64,000 nt of DNA from an uncultured Ignavibacteriales bacterium (GCA_964464605.1 CAYXJN010000008.1:124001-188000); one strand, 5' to 3'. Positions 1-10,114 are shown, counted from the stretch's first letter. Translations and numbers: made by a program. Notes: generated by a model from the letters alone, not told the origin.

Positions 1-1
1 C

Positions 2-751
2 GCGCCAATCCGACGAAAATCCATTTTGATTCACCTCGCGCTGTGTTGGTAGATAATCTCCGGTAAAGCTCGGATTTTGCCACGTTGAAGAGAGGTGCAG
101 CGATGTTTCTTTGCCAATAGGTGAAAAGAACAACCCAAAACTGCCGTTCAAATCCAGTTTAGTCTGGAATGAATACTCCTGCATTGCTCCGGTAAGTGCA
201 ACCGGTACGCTTATTCCTGATGAAACGATATCTTGGCTTACGACGCCGGGGTTGGCGGCAAGCGCTTCATTATTCCAGAAAATGGTTATGGAATCCTTTA
301 TTCCTTTCATATCGGTAATGCCGAATGATACAAAAGCATCTTTCCATACAATGTTTTCCGGTAAAACGTTCAACTCATCGAATTGTGGCGTAGTAAATGT
401 TGCTGAAACATCTAATTTGGTATTGTAAACGACAATATCGTAAATACCTCTGTTTCTCATTTCCGGGTCAACCACTCCATTAATAGCCAGCTTTTCAGGC
501 AGGAAATGGGCGTATTGAATACTGTTAAATACATTCTGTTGATCGATTATAGCTTGAGTCTTGACCGGGACAGTCAGGAATGGTCCGATAAGAATCTGTT
601 TTGCCGCCCAATTTTGGCTAATTTCACCAGCGACCGCGTCCCGCCGCTCTTTTCTTTCGGTCACTAACGACTCAATCATCATTGCCGGAATGAATAAAAG
701 AAGGCTCAAAAGCCCGACTATTATTAATCTTATGCCGACTGAGTTTCTCAT
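2..751 (-). CDS. creD: Cell envelope integrity inner membrane protein CreD, 5' part (runs off the left edge)
   Basis: Not in the ORF track; read by hand. GGAGG upstream of ATG at 751, then MRNSVGIRLIIVGLLSLLLFIPAMMIESLVTERKERRDAVAGEISQNWAAKQILIGPFLTVP..RNRGIYDIVVY..DYLPTQREVNQNGFSSDW, which matches the CreD pattern. Confidence 0.85.
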   Translation of the reverse strand, partial: MRNSVGIRLIIVGLLSLLLFIPAMMIESLVTERKERRDAVAGEISQNWAAKQILIGPFLTVPVKTQAIIDQQNVFNSIQYAHFLPEKLAINGVVDPEMRNRGIYDIVVYNTKLDVSATFTTPQFDELNVLPENIVWKDAFVSFGITDMKGIKDSITIFWNNEALAANPGVVSQDIVSSGISVPVALTGAMQEYSFQTKLDLNGSFGLFFSPIGKETSLHLSSTWQNPSFTGDYLPTQREVNQNGFSSDWR

Positions 752-914
752 TACCCGACTTAAATCCTCCTATCTCCAGATGCTGGTATGAAAATATATA
801 CCTGTTGTTTCATTTAAATTACACTTTTTTTGAATTTTTGCGATTTTAGCGGCAGGTCGACACTTTGAACCTGAGAGCATTTTGTTTACTGTCTCTGACA
901 TACAGGTATGCATT

Positions 915-947
915 CATCTTGACGACCGACCGAATTCATTCTACCTT
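915..947 (+). promoter_or_regulatory. sigma70-like promoter TTGACG-N17-TACCTT; includes copy 1 of a 23-bp direct repeat
   Basis: catcTTGACGaccgaccgaattcattcTACCTT upstream of ORF 995; 915-937 is identical to 3546-3568. Confidence 0.6.
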
Positions 948-994
948 TGCGTTAGGTTGACGAACCCTATGGCCGTTGATTAGCAGGGAATACG

Positions 995-1708
995 GTGAGC
1001 AGCAAAACATGTAAGATTCTGCTTTTTTCAATTGTGGTACTCAGCTGCCTATTACTAAGCGGGCAATCTAAGACTAAGCACACTTCAGTTTCCTATTGGC
1101 TCTGGGCCGGGATAACCGCCAACGAAGCACCCGCCAACTCGGAATTATATGTATTTCAGGGACGCCTGTATGTTGAGGAAGGGAAGACGGCGTATGAGCG
1201 ACTTGGTTTGTACCCACATCCGATAAAAAGCAGCAAACTTGTTTTAGTCTATCGACTGGAAGGGCAATTGCCCGATGCCAAAACTGTTATTGAGGTATTC
1301 AAACGCGGTGTCGCGCAGTGGCAGCGCCATCCGATTGTGATTTCAGGCATTCAGTTGGATTTCGATTCACCAACCGCAAAACTTTTAGAGTACAGCAATT
1401 TTCTGGAAGATATCAGAAGACAATTGCCGCAGAATTTCGAACTCAGCATTACCGGGTTGGGAGATTGGGCGATTGGGGGTAACAAAGATGCGCTTCGCTC
1501 AATTTCATCTTCAACAAACGAAATAGTTTTTCAACTGTATCAAGGTCGCCAACCGCTGCCGGATATAGAAACATACATCAATGCGCTGGTAGATTATCCG
1601 TTACCGTTTCGCATCGGACTGTTGAGCGGATCAACAATGCCGGTTTCTGTGAACAAATTGCAATCCAATCCCCAGTATCGCGGAGTTATTTACTTTATCC
1701 AGAAATAG
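995..1708 (+). CDS. DUF3142 domain-containing exported protein
   Basis: N-terminal signal; YWLWAG, GIQLDFDSPT, LSITGLGDW and FQLYQGR motifs. Confidence 0.75.
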   Translation: MSSKTCKILLFSIVVLSCLLLSGQSKTKHTSVSYWLWAGITANEAPANSELYVFQGRLYVEEGKTAYERLGLYPHPIKSSKLVLVYRLEGQLPDAKTVIEVFKRGVAQWQRHPIVISGIQLDFDSPTAKLLEYSNFLEDIRRQLPQNFELSITGLGDWAIGGNKDALRSISSSTNEIVFQLYQGRQPLPDIETYINALVDYPLPFRIGLLSGSTMPVSVNKLQSNPQYRGVIYFIQK

Positions 1709-1709
1709 T

Positions 1710-3542
1710 ATGAAACTCAAAAACTGCATTTTGTTGCTTTTGCTCACTGTTATCATTTTGCATGAGGATGCTTTGAGAGCGTGTGGTGGCCATGATTACG
1801 GTCCTTTTTATAATCCTCAATCATATATAGACCCTGGCGAAAAAAGTACTCGCTTTGACTGGTCTAAATATGGACGCAGCAGAAATTTTAAGCTCTTGGT
1901 TCGCCAGTACGCAGTGTTACAAGCCAATCAAGAAGACACCATTGATATAACTGCTCGCAAAGTTAGTGAACAAAAAGAAGCTGAATCCTACGCTATGTAT
2001 CTGCAGGGTGTTGAGTATTTTAATGCATACAAATACGCGAAAGCACTTGATGTTTTTTTAAACCTTCAGAAGACTGCTGGCTCTGGTAGCGGCTGGCCGC
2101 TTAGTATGTTCAAGAAAATAGAATACTCATGGGTTAAAGAAGCATCAACCTATATGGTCGCTCGTTGTCAGTTGGTCGCATCGCAGAATGACTGGGATGG
2201 TTATAACAATTCAACTGAAATGATCGATCAAGATCTGCTTCAGTCAGCGGATTCATCATTCCAGGAATATCTGAAAGCATATCCGGATGGGCTATATGCA
2301 AAATCAGCCCGCAGCATGAGTCGGAAAATGTACTTTCTTTCCGGAAAGCAATCGCTCTTAGACCAAGAAATTAAACAAGTTATGTGGAAATATTTCCCGG
2401 CATCTCATGAGTTTGTACCGGGTCAAACAATCAACGAAAATATAATCTATGAATTTCAAAATCATTTTGAGGGCGAGGTAGATTTTGCTCATGACTCACC
2501 CATGCTTTTGGCGTACGAATGGTTCGGGTCTCCAAAACCAGATTCACTGGATTTTAGATTATTCGAAGCGAGAGAAAAGGACTTTTCAGCTTACCCAAGA
2601 TTTTTTCAATTTCTCCGCGCTTATGCACTCTATAAGTTAGAACGTTATCAAGAACTTCTTGAAAAAACGCCGGAAGAGCAGCCAATTGAAAATATTATGT
2701 GGCTCAGTATTCAAATTTTGCGTGCTCGTTCGTTTGAAAAAGTTGGTGATAGCGTATCCGCTTTAAAGGCACTTGAGCAAATGCATCATATATCACCGGA
2801 GGATGCTCTTGATTTTGAAATAGCATACTTGAAACTCAATCATAATGATGGTTTATGGCTTTTCACGAATAGTTCTCCGATAGTCAACGTAAGAAATTTG
2901 CGCGTGTTTGCACTGTATGGATTGACAGATAAAGAGTTAGAAGCGGCAATAGCCATGAAGGATATCGCTGGGGATAAACGACAAGTTATATTAGCAGAAT
3001 TAACCCAGCGTTACATTCCTACCGGTCGATTTCAAGAATTTACACAGTTAATGAACAAAGAGTCAGTTGCGATTTTTATGCCAGTTAAGGCAGCAGTGGC
3101 AATCTTAGCAGCAAACCCTGATGATGCAAGAGCACTTGTCGAAGTAGGTGAGTTTTTGATGAACAATTATATAAATCCTCAATCCACCTTTGAAGGGGGG
3201 TATGCGAAATTTTGGACGTATGTTCATCCGGATGAATTGCCATGGCGATGCACGACTTGTGAAAACCACCAGCAAAGAACCGCATCGTTTACACCCCCAG
3301 TATGGTTTTTTCAGTCAGCAGTGAAAGTCGAGAAGCGGACAAAAAAGAAAAGCGAGCTAGAGGCAAAAGCACTACACTACATTGTAATGGGCGGACGAAC
3401 TGGTTATCATCATACTCGCACCACATGGGATACTAAAGTTTCTGATACAACATTTCTTACCGGTCAAGAAGCCTTTGCTCGCCTGCACAAACTATACAAA
3501 GATTCTGAATGGGCGAAGAAAACACCGTATTATTATCAATAG
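1710..3542 (+). CDS. Exported TPR-like helical protein, partner of DUF3142
   Basis: Signal peptide; YLKAYPDGLYA repeat; C-terminal YKDSEWAKKTPYYY; 1-bp gap after the DUF3142 gene. Confidence 0.6.
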   Translation: MKLKNCILLLLLTVIILHEDALRACGGHDYGPFYNPQSYIDPGEKSTRFDWSKYGRSRNFKLLVRQYAVLQANQEDTIDITARKVSEQKEAESYAMYLQGVEYFNAYKYAKALDVFLNLQKTAGSGSGWPLSMFKKIEYSWVKEASTYMVARCQLVASQNDWDGYNNSTEMIDQDLLQSADSSFQEYLKAYPDGLYAKSARSMSRKMYFLSGKQSLLDQEIKQVMWKYFPASHEFVPGQTINENIIYEFQNHFEGEVDFAHDSPMLLAYEWFGSPKPDSLDFRLFEAREKDFSAYPRFFQFLRAYALYKLERYQELLEKTPEEQPIENIMWLSIQILRARSFEKVGDSVSALKALEQMHHISPEDALDFEIAYLKLNHNDGLWLFTNSSPIVNVRNLRVFALYGLTDKELEAAIAMKDIAGDKRQVILAELTQRYIPTGRFQEFTQLMNKESVAIFMPVKAAVAILAANPDDARALVEVGEFLMNNYINPQSTFEGGYAKFWTYVHPDELPWRCTTCENHQQRTASFTPPVWFFQSAVKVEKRTKKKSELEAKALHYIVMGGRTGYHHTRTTWDTKVSDTTFLTGQEAFARLHKLYKDSEWAKKTPYYYQ

Positions 3543-3545
3543 CAC

Positions 3546-3578
3546 CATCTTGACGACCGACCGAATTCCCTCTAACTT
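3546..3578 (+). promoter_or_regulatory. sigma70-like promoter TTGACG-N17-TAACTT; includes copy 2 of the 23-bp direct repeat
   Basis: catcTTGACGaccgaccgaattccctcTAACTT ends 9 nt before ATG 3588, so the transcript may be nearly leaderless. Confidence 0.6.
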
Positions 3579-3587
3579 TATAGTATT

Positions 3588-4409
3588 ATGAATACCGTTA
3601 CCAATCCAAACAAAGCATTGTGGGAAAAAGGGGATTTTACCGCTATTGCCGCTGCTATGCGTCAGTCCGGAGAATCATTAATCAAATCGATCGGCGTTAA
3701 GCCGCCACTCAAAGTGCTTGATCTGGGATGCGGTGATGGCACTACTGCCGTTCCACTTGCACAAACAGGAGCGGATGTTACCGGAATCGACATTGCCCGA
3801 AACCTTGTTGAAGCCGGTAATAAACGGGCGAAAGCCATGGCGCTGACTAATCTGAGATTTCAGGAAGGGGATGCCTGTAGTTTACTAGAGGTGAACGATA
3901 ACTCATTCGATTTAACAGTTACCATATTCGGCGCGATGTTCGCACCGAAACCGGTCGATGTTGCTAAGGAAATGGTGCGCGTTACGAAGCCGGGTGGAAC
4001 AATCGTGATGGGGAACTGGATTCCGAACGATTCCACCTCTTTTGTTTCGCAATTACTCAAGATAAGTTCGGCTTTCACGCCGCCGCCGGAAGGGTTTATC
4101 AGCCCGATGTTGTGGGGCGTAGAGTCGCATATTGTAGACCGGTTTGGTCAGGCCGGAATTTCATCGGATAAAATAAGTATGACTAAAGATACGTATTCAT
4201 TTATTACGCAGGATTCTTACGCTGACTATATCGATAGGTTCAGACAGTATTACGGCCCGACTATGAACGCATTCGAAGCGGCAGAAAAAAACGGCCAAGC
4301 GGAAGAATTACTTCACCAGCTTTTAGAGCTTGCACGAACGTTTAACAAGGCAACCGACGGCAGTACGGCAATTGATGCGACCTTTATGCGTGTGGTTGTT
4401 TCTGTTTGA
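3588..4409 (+). CDS. Class I SAM-dependent methyltransferase (UbiE-like)
   Basis: VLDLGCGDG motif I, FQEGDA, FGAMFAP, VTKPGG; paralog at 45776. Confidence 0.9.
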   Translation: MNTVTNPNKALWEKGDFTAIAAAMRQSGESLIKSIGVKPPLKVLDLGCGDGTTAVPLAQTGADVTGIDIARNLVEAGNKRAKAMALTNLRFQEGDACSLLEVNDNSFDLTVTIFGAMFAPKPVDVAKEMVRVTKPGGTIVMGNWIPNDSTSFVSQLLKISSAFTPPPEGFISPMLWGVESHIVDRFGQAGISSDKISMTKDTYSFITQDSYADYIDRFRQYYGPTMNAFEAAEKNGQAEELLHQLLELARTFNKATDGSTAIDATFMRVVVSV

Positions 4410-4576
4410 ACGGTACACAAGCGTTACCTTAAAGATTTCCTGATCGTATTTATTATTTGCCTGATAACAGACTATCTATAATACAGTGCAATTTTGCCGG
4501 AAATTGTCGATACAATAAAGCATTGAGTGGCCTTTTATCGCCGGTTACTAAACAATAATAGAGTTCAAGCAGGTTC

Positions 4577-6187
4577 ATGTTCAAAGAAGCACAAAATGAG
4601 TTCAGAGCCGATTTGTTCAGGCATCTGGATGGTATTGTCACTGTCCCGTCTGCATACGTGCTCCATCAAAAGGGAGTGACCGGTTATATTCTTGAAAAGC
4701 AGAATGTTTCTCTTGCCGAGATCACTGAAAAATTCAATGCCAACGACGGTTACTTGAACGTCGCACTGCGTGTGCTCTGTTCACAGGGTTGGCTGACTCA
4801 AAAAGTCGATAATAAAAATGATCGGATCGAATTTTCGGTAAATGATAAAACAGCCGAGGCGTTCGGATATTTTCATCTGTATGAAGACGCCGTGGAGTTT
4901 CTTAAATTCACGGAAAAATATCAGACACGCCGCTATGATTTAGAGGCATTTCTGCTGCTTGAAAAATTATTCAAAAACTTTTTGGGAAACTACGGATTAA
5001 CACTATCTGAAAACGACACCAAATCGATTACCCACCAGATACTAAAGCATATCGAAGGAGTGGTTGTCGGCCCGACCTCCGTCTTTTTAGGCATGCGCGG
5101 CATGTTTCACAAGTATTTCATGCAGGCCCGGTTCAGACCGGAAGAATTTCATAGTGATGCTGATAGTTTTGAACGGCTGCTCGATTTCTTTGTGCATTTC
5201 GGATGGTTTCTCAAACAGAACGGAACCTACCAATTCACCGATAAAGGTTTTTTCTTTGCGCAGCGGGCGAGCGCCTACGGCGTGACTGTTTCCTATATTC
5301 CGACACTGCGGAAATTGGATGAACTGATCTTTGGCAATCCGAATGCAGCACGAATCGGCTCGGATATTCATCACGAAACGCATGTCGATCGGGAAATGAA
5401 TGTGTGGGGAAGCGGCGGTACGCATGCGACCTATTTCAAAGTTGTCGATGAAATCATTGTCGAATTGTTCAACAAGCGAATCGAAGATCAGCCGAAAGGC
5501 ATCGTCGATATGGGCTGCGGTAACGGGATGTTTTTGCAGCATCTCTATCAGGTGATCGAACAGCAGACCCTTAGAGGGAAAATGCTGGATGAGCATCCGC
5601 TTATTCTCATCGGCGCTGATTTTAATGAAGCGGCTTTGAAAATTACCAAAGCGAATCTGATACAGGCGGATATTTGGGCGAAAGTTATTTGGGGGGATGT
5701 CGGCCGTCCCGACCTGCTTGCGAAGGACTTGAAAGAAAATTACAACATCGATCTCAAAGAGCTGCTCAATGTCCGGACCTTTTTAGATCATAACCGGCAG
5801 TGGAAAGAACCGGCGAGCGTTGATCCGAACCGCGTAAGTAAATCTACCGGTGCGTTTGCATCTCAGGGAAAACGAATAAGCAATAACCGGGTTGAGGAAT
5901 CACTGCGGGAGCATTTGAAAAATTGGGAGCCGTTCATTAACAAGTTCGGTCTGCTGATTATCGAATTGCACACAGTCGATCCGCAGTTGGTCGCGCAAAA
6001 TTTAGGAAGAACCCCGGCTACCGCATACGACGCCACCCATGGGTATTCCGATCAATACATTCTTGAAGTCGACGTGTTTAACAAGGTGATGGAAGAAGTC
6101 GGTTTATCTCCTGAAAAAAATGTCAGCCACAAGTATCCGAACTCAGATTTAGCGACGGTTACGATCAATCTGTTCCGTAAGAGTTAA
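4577..6187 (+). CDS. SAM-dependent methyltransferase with N-terminal winged-helix-like region (AprA/PKS-associated type)
   Basis: IVDMGCGNG motif I, IGADFN, HVDREMNVWGSG, VRTFLDHNR. Confidence 0.7.
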   Translation: MFKEAQNEFRADLFRHLDGIVTVPSAYVLHQKGVTGYILEKQNVSLAEITEKFNANDGYLNVALRVLCSQGWLTQKVDNKNDRIEFSVNDKTAEAFGYFHLYEDAVEFLKFTEKYQTRRYDLEAFLLLEKLFKNFLGNYGLTLSENDTKSITHQILKHIEGVVVGPTSVFLGMRGMFHKYFMQARFRPEEFHSDADSFERLLDFFVHFGWFLKQNGTYQFTDKGFFFAQRASAYGVTVSYIPTLRKLDELIFGNPNAARIGSDIHHETHVDREMNVWGSGGTHATYFKVVDEIIVELFNKRIEDQPKGIVDMGCGNGMFLQHLYQVIEQQTLRGKMLDEHPLILIGADFNEAALKITKANLIQADIWAKVIWGDVGRPDLLAKDLKENYNIDLKELLNVRTFLDHNRQWKEPASVDPNRVSKSTGAFASQGKRISNNRVEESLREHLKNWEPFINKFGLLIIELHTVDPQLVAQNLGRTPATAYDATHGYSDQYILEVDVFNKVMEEVGLSPEKNVSHKYPNSDLATVTINLFRKS

Positions 6188-6199
6188 TCGATCGTAGTT

Positions 6200-6616
6200 C
6201 TATTTCTCTTTTAACCTCGCCACCGAAGCCTTGGCCAATTTTGTTAACACCCCAAAATCGATATCAGCAAGTTTGTTGATGTACAAGCATCCTTTACCGG
6301 CTTTGTGCTTTCCTAATTTGGCAAGCAGTTCGGTCTGCTGTTCCAATCCCCCCATCAAATACACCGTAATCGCAGCTTTGCGCGGTGAAAGGCCGACGAC
6401 AAACCAATCCCCTTCGCGGCCGCTTTTCCCGACATAGTGATACTCACCGAACCCGACAATACTCGATCCCCACATCTTCGGTTTTGCTTTCGTCACTTTC
6501 GCCATCATGTCGGCGATTTTCTTGCAATCAGCGCGGTCATCTTTGTCCGGTATTGCGGCAAGAAATTTAGCAACGCTGTCTGCGGTTGGTTTGGTTTTGA
6601 GTTCAGCCTTTGCCAT
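6200..6616 (-). CDS. DUF1801 (YdhG-like) protein
   Basis: PKMWGSSIVGFGEYHY..GLSPRK..LGKHKAGKGCLYI; start refined to ATG 6616 (MAKAELKT). Confidence 0.85.
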   Translation of the reverse strand: MAKAELKTKPTADSVAKFLAAIPDKDDRADCKKIADMMAKVTKAKPKMWGSSIVGFGEYHYVGKSGREGDWFVVGLSPRKAAITVYLMGGLEQQTELLAKLGKHKAGKGCLYINKLADIDFGVLTKLAKASVARLKEK

Positions 6617-6661
6617 TGGGGATATTCCTTCTATTACGAAAGCTAGTATCAAACTCGACTT

Positions 6662-7405
6662 TTAACCGATTTCCTTGGCTGAACTACCGCGTGCTTGTTC
6701 CAAAAAGCTGGCGAGGCTTTTTCGCTGGTTGCCCTGATCGTCAAAGTTGTTTGCAGAGAGCCAGCTCTCGAATGCGTGTCTGATACTCGGCCATTCGGTA
6801 TCGATAATTGAGTACCATGCCGTGTCGCGGCTACGGCCTTTGTAAATTGTCGCTTGGCGAAAGATGCCCTCAAACGTGAATCCTAACCGTAACGCAGCGT
6901 TTCGTGAAGGTTCGTTCAGTGAATCGCATTTCCATTCGTAACGACGGTAGCCGAGTTCGTCGAAGGCACGCTTCATCATCAAATACATAGTTTCCGTTGC
7001 CACAGCCGTTTTTTGCAACGAAGCCGAATAGTGTATGTGCCCAACTTCAATTGATCCAACGTGCGGTTGAATCCGTAAGTAACTCGCAACTCCGGCAGGC
7101 AGACCTGTTTTCAGTCCAATGATAGTGTAGAATTGTGGGTCATCTTTTTGGCAATCAGTGCGCAGCCATGAAGCAAATTCAGTATAGCTAGCGAATGGGC
7201 CATAGGGCAGGTAAGTCCAGTTTGCCATCCCCTTCTCGGATTCAGTAAACGCTCCGAAGAGATCTTTGGCATGTTCATCAGGACGAAGCGGAACAAGTCG
7301 GCAATACTGTCCAACCATGTCTGTGTGAGGGGGAAAGCTTCGAGGAGACCAGCCAGTCATAGGCGCGCCAACCGGTTGCCCATATTCGTTTCGTAGCTCG
7401 CTCAT
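6662..7405 (-). CDS. GNAT N-acetyltransferase, RimJ/RimL family
   Basis: IEVGHI..LGYRRYEWKCDSLNEPS..LGFTFEGIFRQ..KGRSRDTAWYS; start refined to MSELRNEYGQP. Confidence 0.9.
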   Translation of the reverse strand: MSELRNEYGQPVGAPMTGWSPRSFPPHTDMVGQYCRLVPLRPDEHAKDLFGAFTESEKGMANWTYLPYGPFASYTEFASWLRTDCQKDDPQFYTIIGLKTGLPAGVASYLRIQPHVGSIEVGHIHYSASLQKTAVATETMYLMMKRAFDELGYRRYEWKCDSLNEPSRNAALRLGFTFEGIFRQATIYKGRSRDTAWYSIIDTEWPSIRHAFESWLSANNFDDQGNQRKSLASFLEQARGSSAKEIG

Positions 7406-7511
7406 ATGCGAGTTTATTGATTTTAAGTTCGCAACGCCAGAGAAATTAGAAAAGTGGTTAACCCTGCGAAACACCCGTATGTGAGGCGGGTAAGATGTAT
7501 AAATCAATTTA

Positions 7512-7583
7512 TCATTTCTTTAACTTCTCTACTAAATCCATGGCCAACTTCGTTGACATTCCAAGGTCAATATCGTCGAGTTT
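7512..7583 (-). pseudogene. 3'-end remnant of a second DUF1801 gene
   Basis: Translates as KLDDIDLGMSTKLAMDLVEKLKK*; the C-terminus of 6200-6616 is KLADIDFGVLTKLAKASVARLKEK*. Confidence 0.65.
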
Positions 7584-7584
7584 G

Positions 7585-8139
7585 TCATTGCGCATTTCTA
7601 CGGAGTATAAGCCCCAAACCCATACCGATCAGCCCAACGTTGCGAATTGTGGTGCCTATGGTTTGAAGTAAATCGGGAACAGGGAGCAGGGCGACGACTA
7701 GGTTTACAACAATACCGATCAGAAATAACCGAGCGGCCCAGGACGGCAACACACCGGCTCGTACTGTGTCGATGCCAAACATGCCGCCGCCAAGAATCAT
7801 GAGTGCCCCGTGAAATGTGTAAATCCAACCCAACTGTGCCCATAGCTGTTCGTATGTGTTAACTGAGGCAGCGAGGGCATACATAGTAGTGTGAGCAAAG
7901 TAGATGAATGCAAACCCGTATAAAATGCCCCCGAGCAAACCGAAGTATGAACTACGGGGGCGCTGTACAGCATAGAGACCAACGAGTATGACTGGCATAG
8001 GTAGAAACGCGACATAGTTGAGCCAGAGCTGCACTGATGAGAATCCACCTTGTACCCATTCAAGGATGTCGGTAAGCGTGTGTAATGCAGGGGCGAGGAT
8101 CGCTCCCCAAGCAATAATTTTGCGAACTGAGTTTTCTAT
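7585..8139 (-). CDS. Multi-pass membrane hypothetical protein
   Basis: Several hydrophobic helices; the frame stays open upstream of 8034 to an ATA at 8139, 6 nt after GGAG. Confidence 0.6.
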   Translation of the reverse strand: MENSVRKIIAWGAILAPALHTLTDILEWVQGGFSSVQLWLNYVAFLPMPVILVGLYAVQRPRSSYFGLLGGILYGFAFIYFAHTTMYALAASVNTYEQLWAQLGWIYTFHGALMILGGGMFGIDTVRAGVLPSWAARLFLIGIVVNLVVALLPVPDLLQTIGTTIRNVGLIGMGLGLILRRNAQ

Positions 8140-8162
8140 AGTATGCTCCGGAGCGAATTAGG

Positions 8163-8957
8163 TCAGTTATCTGTTCTGTTTCTTGTCTGCATTTGTTTGC
8201 TGGCCGTGTGTTGCCGCCACCATACAAGCGCGATAATGAGGGCAGCTAAACCGTAACACAATGCGTTACTATGGCCGCGCAATGTAGAACTGGCAGCGCT
8301 ATTTGTCAGCCCAAATGTGTTAACCGCGCCGTGGAATAATGTTGCAATCACGACGCTTCCGCGTGTTCCCTGAGCCAAGAAGGTCAAGATTACTGACAGC
8401 GCCACAGTGTACCCAATGAACGGCAGGAATGGAGAGCCGTATTGCGGCATGCTGGAAATGAAGAAAAGCGGAAGGTGCCAAAACGCCCAGACTATTCCGA
8501 TAATCACACTTGCACCCAACCGTCCAAAGCGTGGCACGAGTCGAGGCAGTGCGAATCCTCTCCAGCCCACTTCTTCTCCCACAACCAAAATGAACACAAC
8601 CAAACTAAGAAGCGAGATAGACTGAAATTCGATAGTACCATTCGCTCCCAAAGCTTTTTCGAGTGAACTCCGTAGCGCTGTTATAGGCAGGGGGAGCAGG
8701 AGTGCAATAATGTACCAACAGAGAGGGATCCGCCATTCGGTCACGCACGTGTAGAACTTGCGCCGTTCCTCGTGATCCATAATCCCCATGACAATAAATG
8801 CGGCGATAGCCGGACCGCAGAGCGCTGCGAGACTTATCGGAATTGATGTTGCTGCCAGTGGAAGCAAAGACCATGTGAACAGAAACGAAAGTACGAAGTA
8901 GCTGGAGAGTGGCGTTTGACGAATCAGTTTTGCCAGTCGACTTATCCGGACGTTCAT
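8163..8957 (-). CDS. CPBP (CAAX/Abi) intramembrane glutamic endopeptidase
   Basis: EEVGWRG, WAFWHLP and FHGAVN motifs. Confidence 0.9.
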   Translation of the reverse strand: MNVRISRLAKLIRQTPLSSYFVLSFLFTWSLLPLAATSIPISLAALCGPAIAAFIVMGIMDHEERRKFYTCVTEWRIPLCWYIIALLLPLPITALRSSLEKALGANGTIEFQSISLLSLVVFILVVGEEVGWRGFALPRLVPRFGRLGASVIIGIVWAFWHLPLFFISSMPQYGSPFLPFIGYTVALSVILTFLAQGTRGSVVIATLFHGAVNTFGLTNSAASSTLRGHSNALCYGLAALIIALVWWRQHTASKQMQTRNRTDN

Positions 8958-9013
8958 TCGATGTTCCTTGGAAGATACTTCCAGCGCGATGGTGGAAGTT
9001 TACATCCGTCGAA

Positions 9014-10114
9014 TTACGGGCACACCGCCGGATTGGGGCCGTTATTGAAGAGATATTGAACGAGATAGGTCAGGTCAGATACGTTGACTGGGCCCACTCC
9101 GTTGATATTTGCTTCATCCGTGCATATTGGCGCAGGGCCTTGTCTAAAAAGATAAGTAACGAGATAAGTCAGGTCCTGAATAGTAATGTCTCCTACGTTG
9201 TTAGCGTTTCCGCGCATTCCCGTACAACAACTCAGTGAAGGGAGCAACAGGGTGATTTCATCTATTCTGACATCCCCTTCGTAATCGTCTGTGTGCGGCT
9301 CACCCACATAAAAATAATCGGGCTCATCCATTGCGAAAACCTTATCGAGTGGGACCGGGGGAGGGCTTTCGAGTATGTTTTGGTTTTGGTCGAATAGTCG
9401 AAGCGTGATGCTATCATCTTTCTTTTCCAGCTCCGCGTAGTACCAGGTGTTGTATGCATAGGTGTACGCGACATTCCAGTTCCACGGAGACTCATCCCAT
9501 TCGACGCCATCCCACGTTCTCAGTTTATGGCCACCTTCATTTGTCGTGGGGTCCATATAGACCATATACACCGGGTGAAAAACCTGTCCACCGCTGGCCC
9601 TGAGGTGATTGTCAACATCGATAACCATTTTGCGATGATAGTGCCACCAAAGCTCGGCGCACTGATTCCCGATGCAGGTGTCGTCCGTGATGGTAAGAAA
9701 GTACATGCCGTTTTCATACCAGCCGCCGTGATCATTGAAGTCGGGGTGATCATAATCAGCCTGATCATAGTTGGTCAAATCGTAGTTAATGTAGCCGATT
9801 TTGGTTCGTAGTTTGTATTCGTCCGGCAGTACATCAGTGCTCCGAATCAAGGCCGCGTTCTGAAAATCCTGCGCTTCCAGCCAGGCATAGCCGTTGGCGA
9901 TTGTGATGGCACCTCCGTTAATCAACTGAAAGACCAGCCAGTCGTCACCTCCGAATGTTTGACCGTGTACCCCTTGGAATGCCGAGTCGAAATGTTCCTG
10001 ATATTTAACTGTCCAGCCGGTGTCGTTAAACGCTGCGGATGACAGCGGTGGGAACAACATCGTCAGCGCCACCCCACTACAAAGCGAAATAATAGTTTGC
10101 TTCACACGAAACAT
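9014..10114 (-). CDS. Secreted beta-rich protein with C-terminal dockerin-like domain
   Basis: GAAGGAG RBS before MFRVKQ; signal peptide; tail CCTGMRGNANN..DLTYLVTYLF..GPAPIC..DLTYLVQYLFNNGPNPAVCP. Confidence 0.7.
   Translation of the reverse strand: MFRVKQTIISLCSGVALTMLFPPLSSAAFNDTGWTVKYQEHFDSAFQGVHGQTFGGDDWLVFQLINGGAITIANGYAWLEAQDFQNAALIRSTDVLPDEYKLRTKIGYINYDLTNYDQADYDHPDFNDHGGWYENGMYFLTITDDTCIGNQCAELWWHYHRKMVIDVDNHLRASGGQVFHPVYMVYMDPTTNEGGHKLRTWDGVEWDESPWNWNVAYTYAYNTWYYAELEKKDDSITLRLFDQNQNILESPPPVPLDKVFAMDEPDYFYVGEPHTDDYEGDVRIDEITLLLPSLSCCTGMRGNANNVGDITIQDLTYLVTYLFRQGPAPICTDEANINGVGPVNVSDLTYLVQYLFNNGPNPAVCP

Noticed and set aside
111..791. Two + strand ORFs at the left edge
   Set aside because: Antisense to creD, which the track missed because it has no stop codon in the window.
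847..875. TAGCGGCAGGTCGACACTTTGAAC as another att remnant
   Set aside because: Single copy, no CCA end, no convincing match to either repeat family.
6200..9000. Run of small co-oriented genes as an integron cassette array
   Set aside because: No RYYYAAC..GTTRRRY attC hairpins were recognisable between the genes, and there is no intI.
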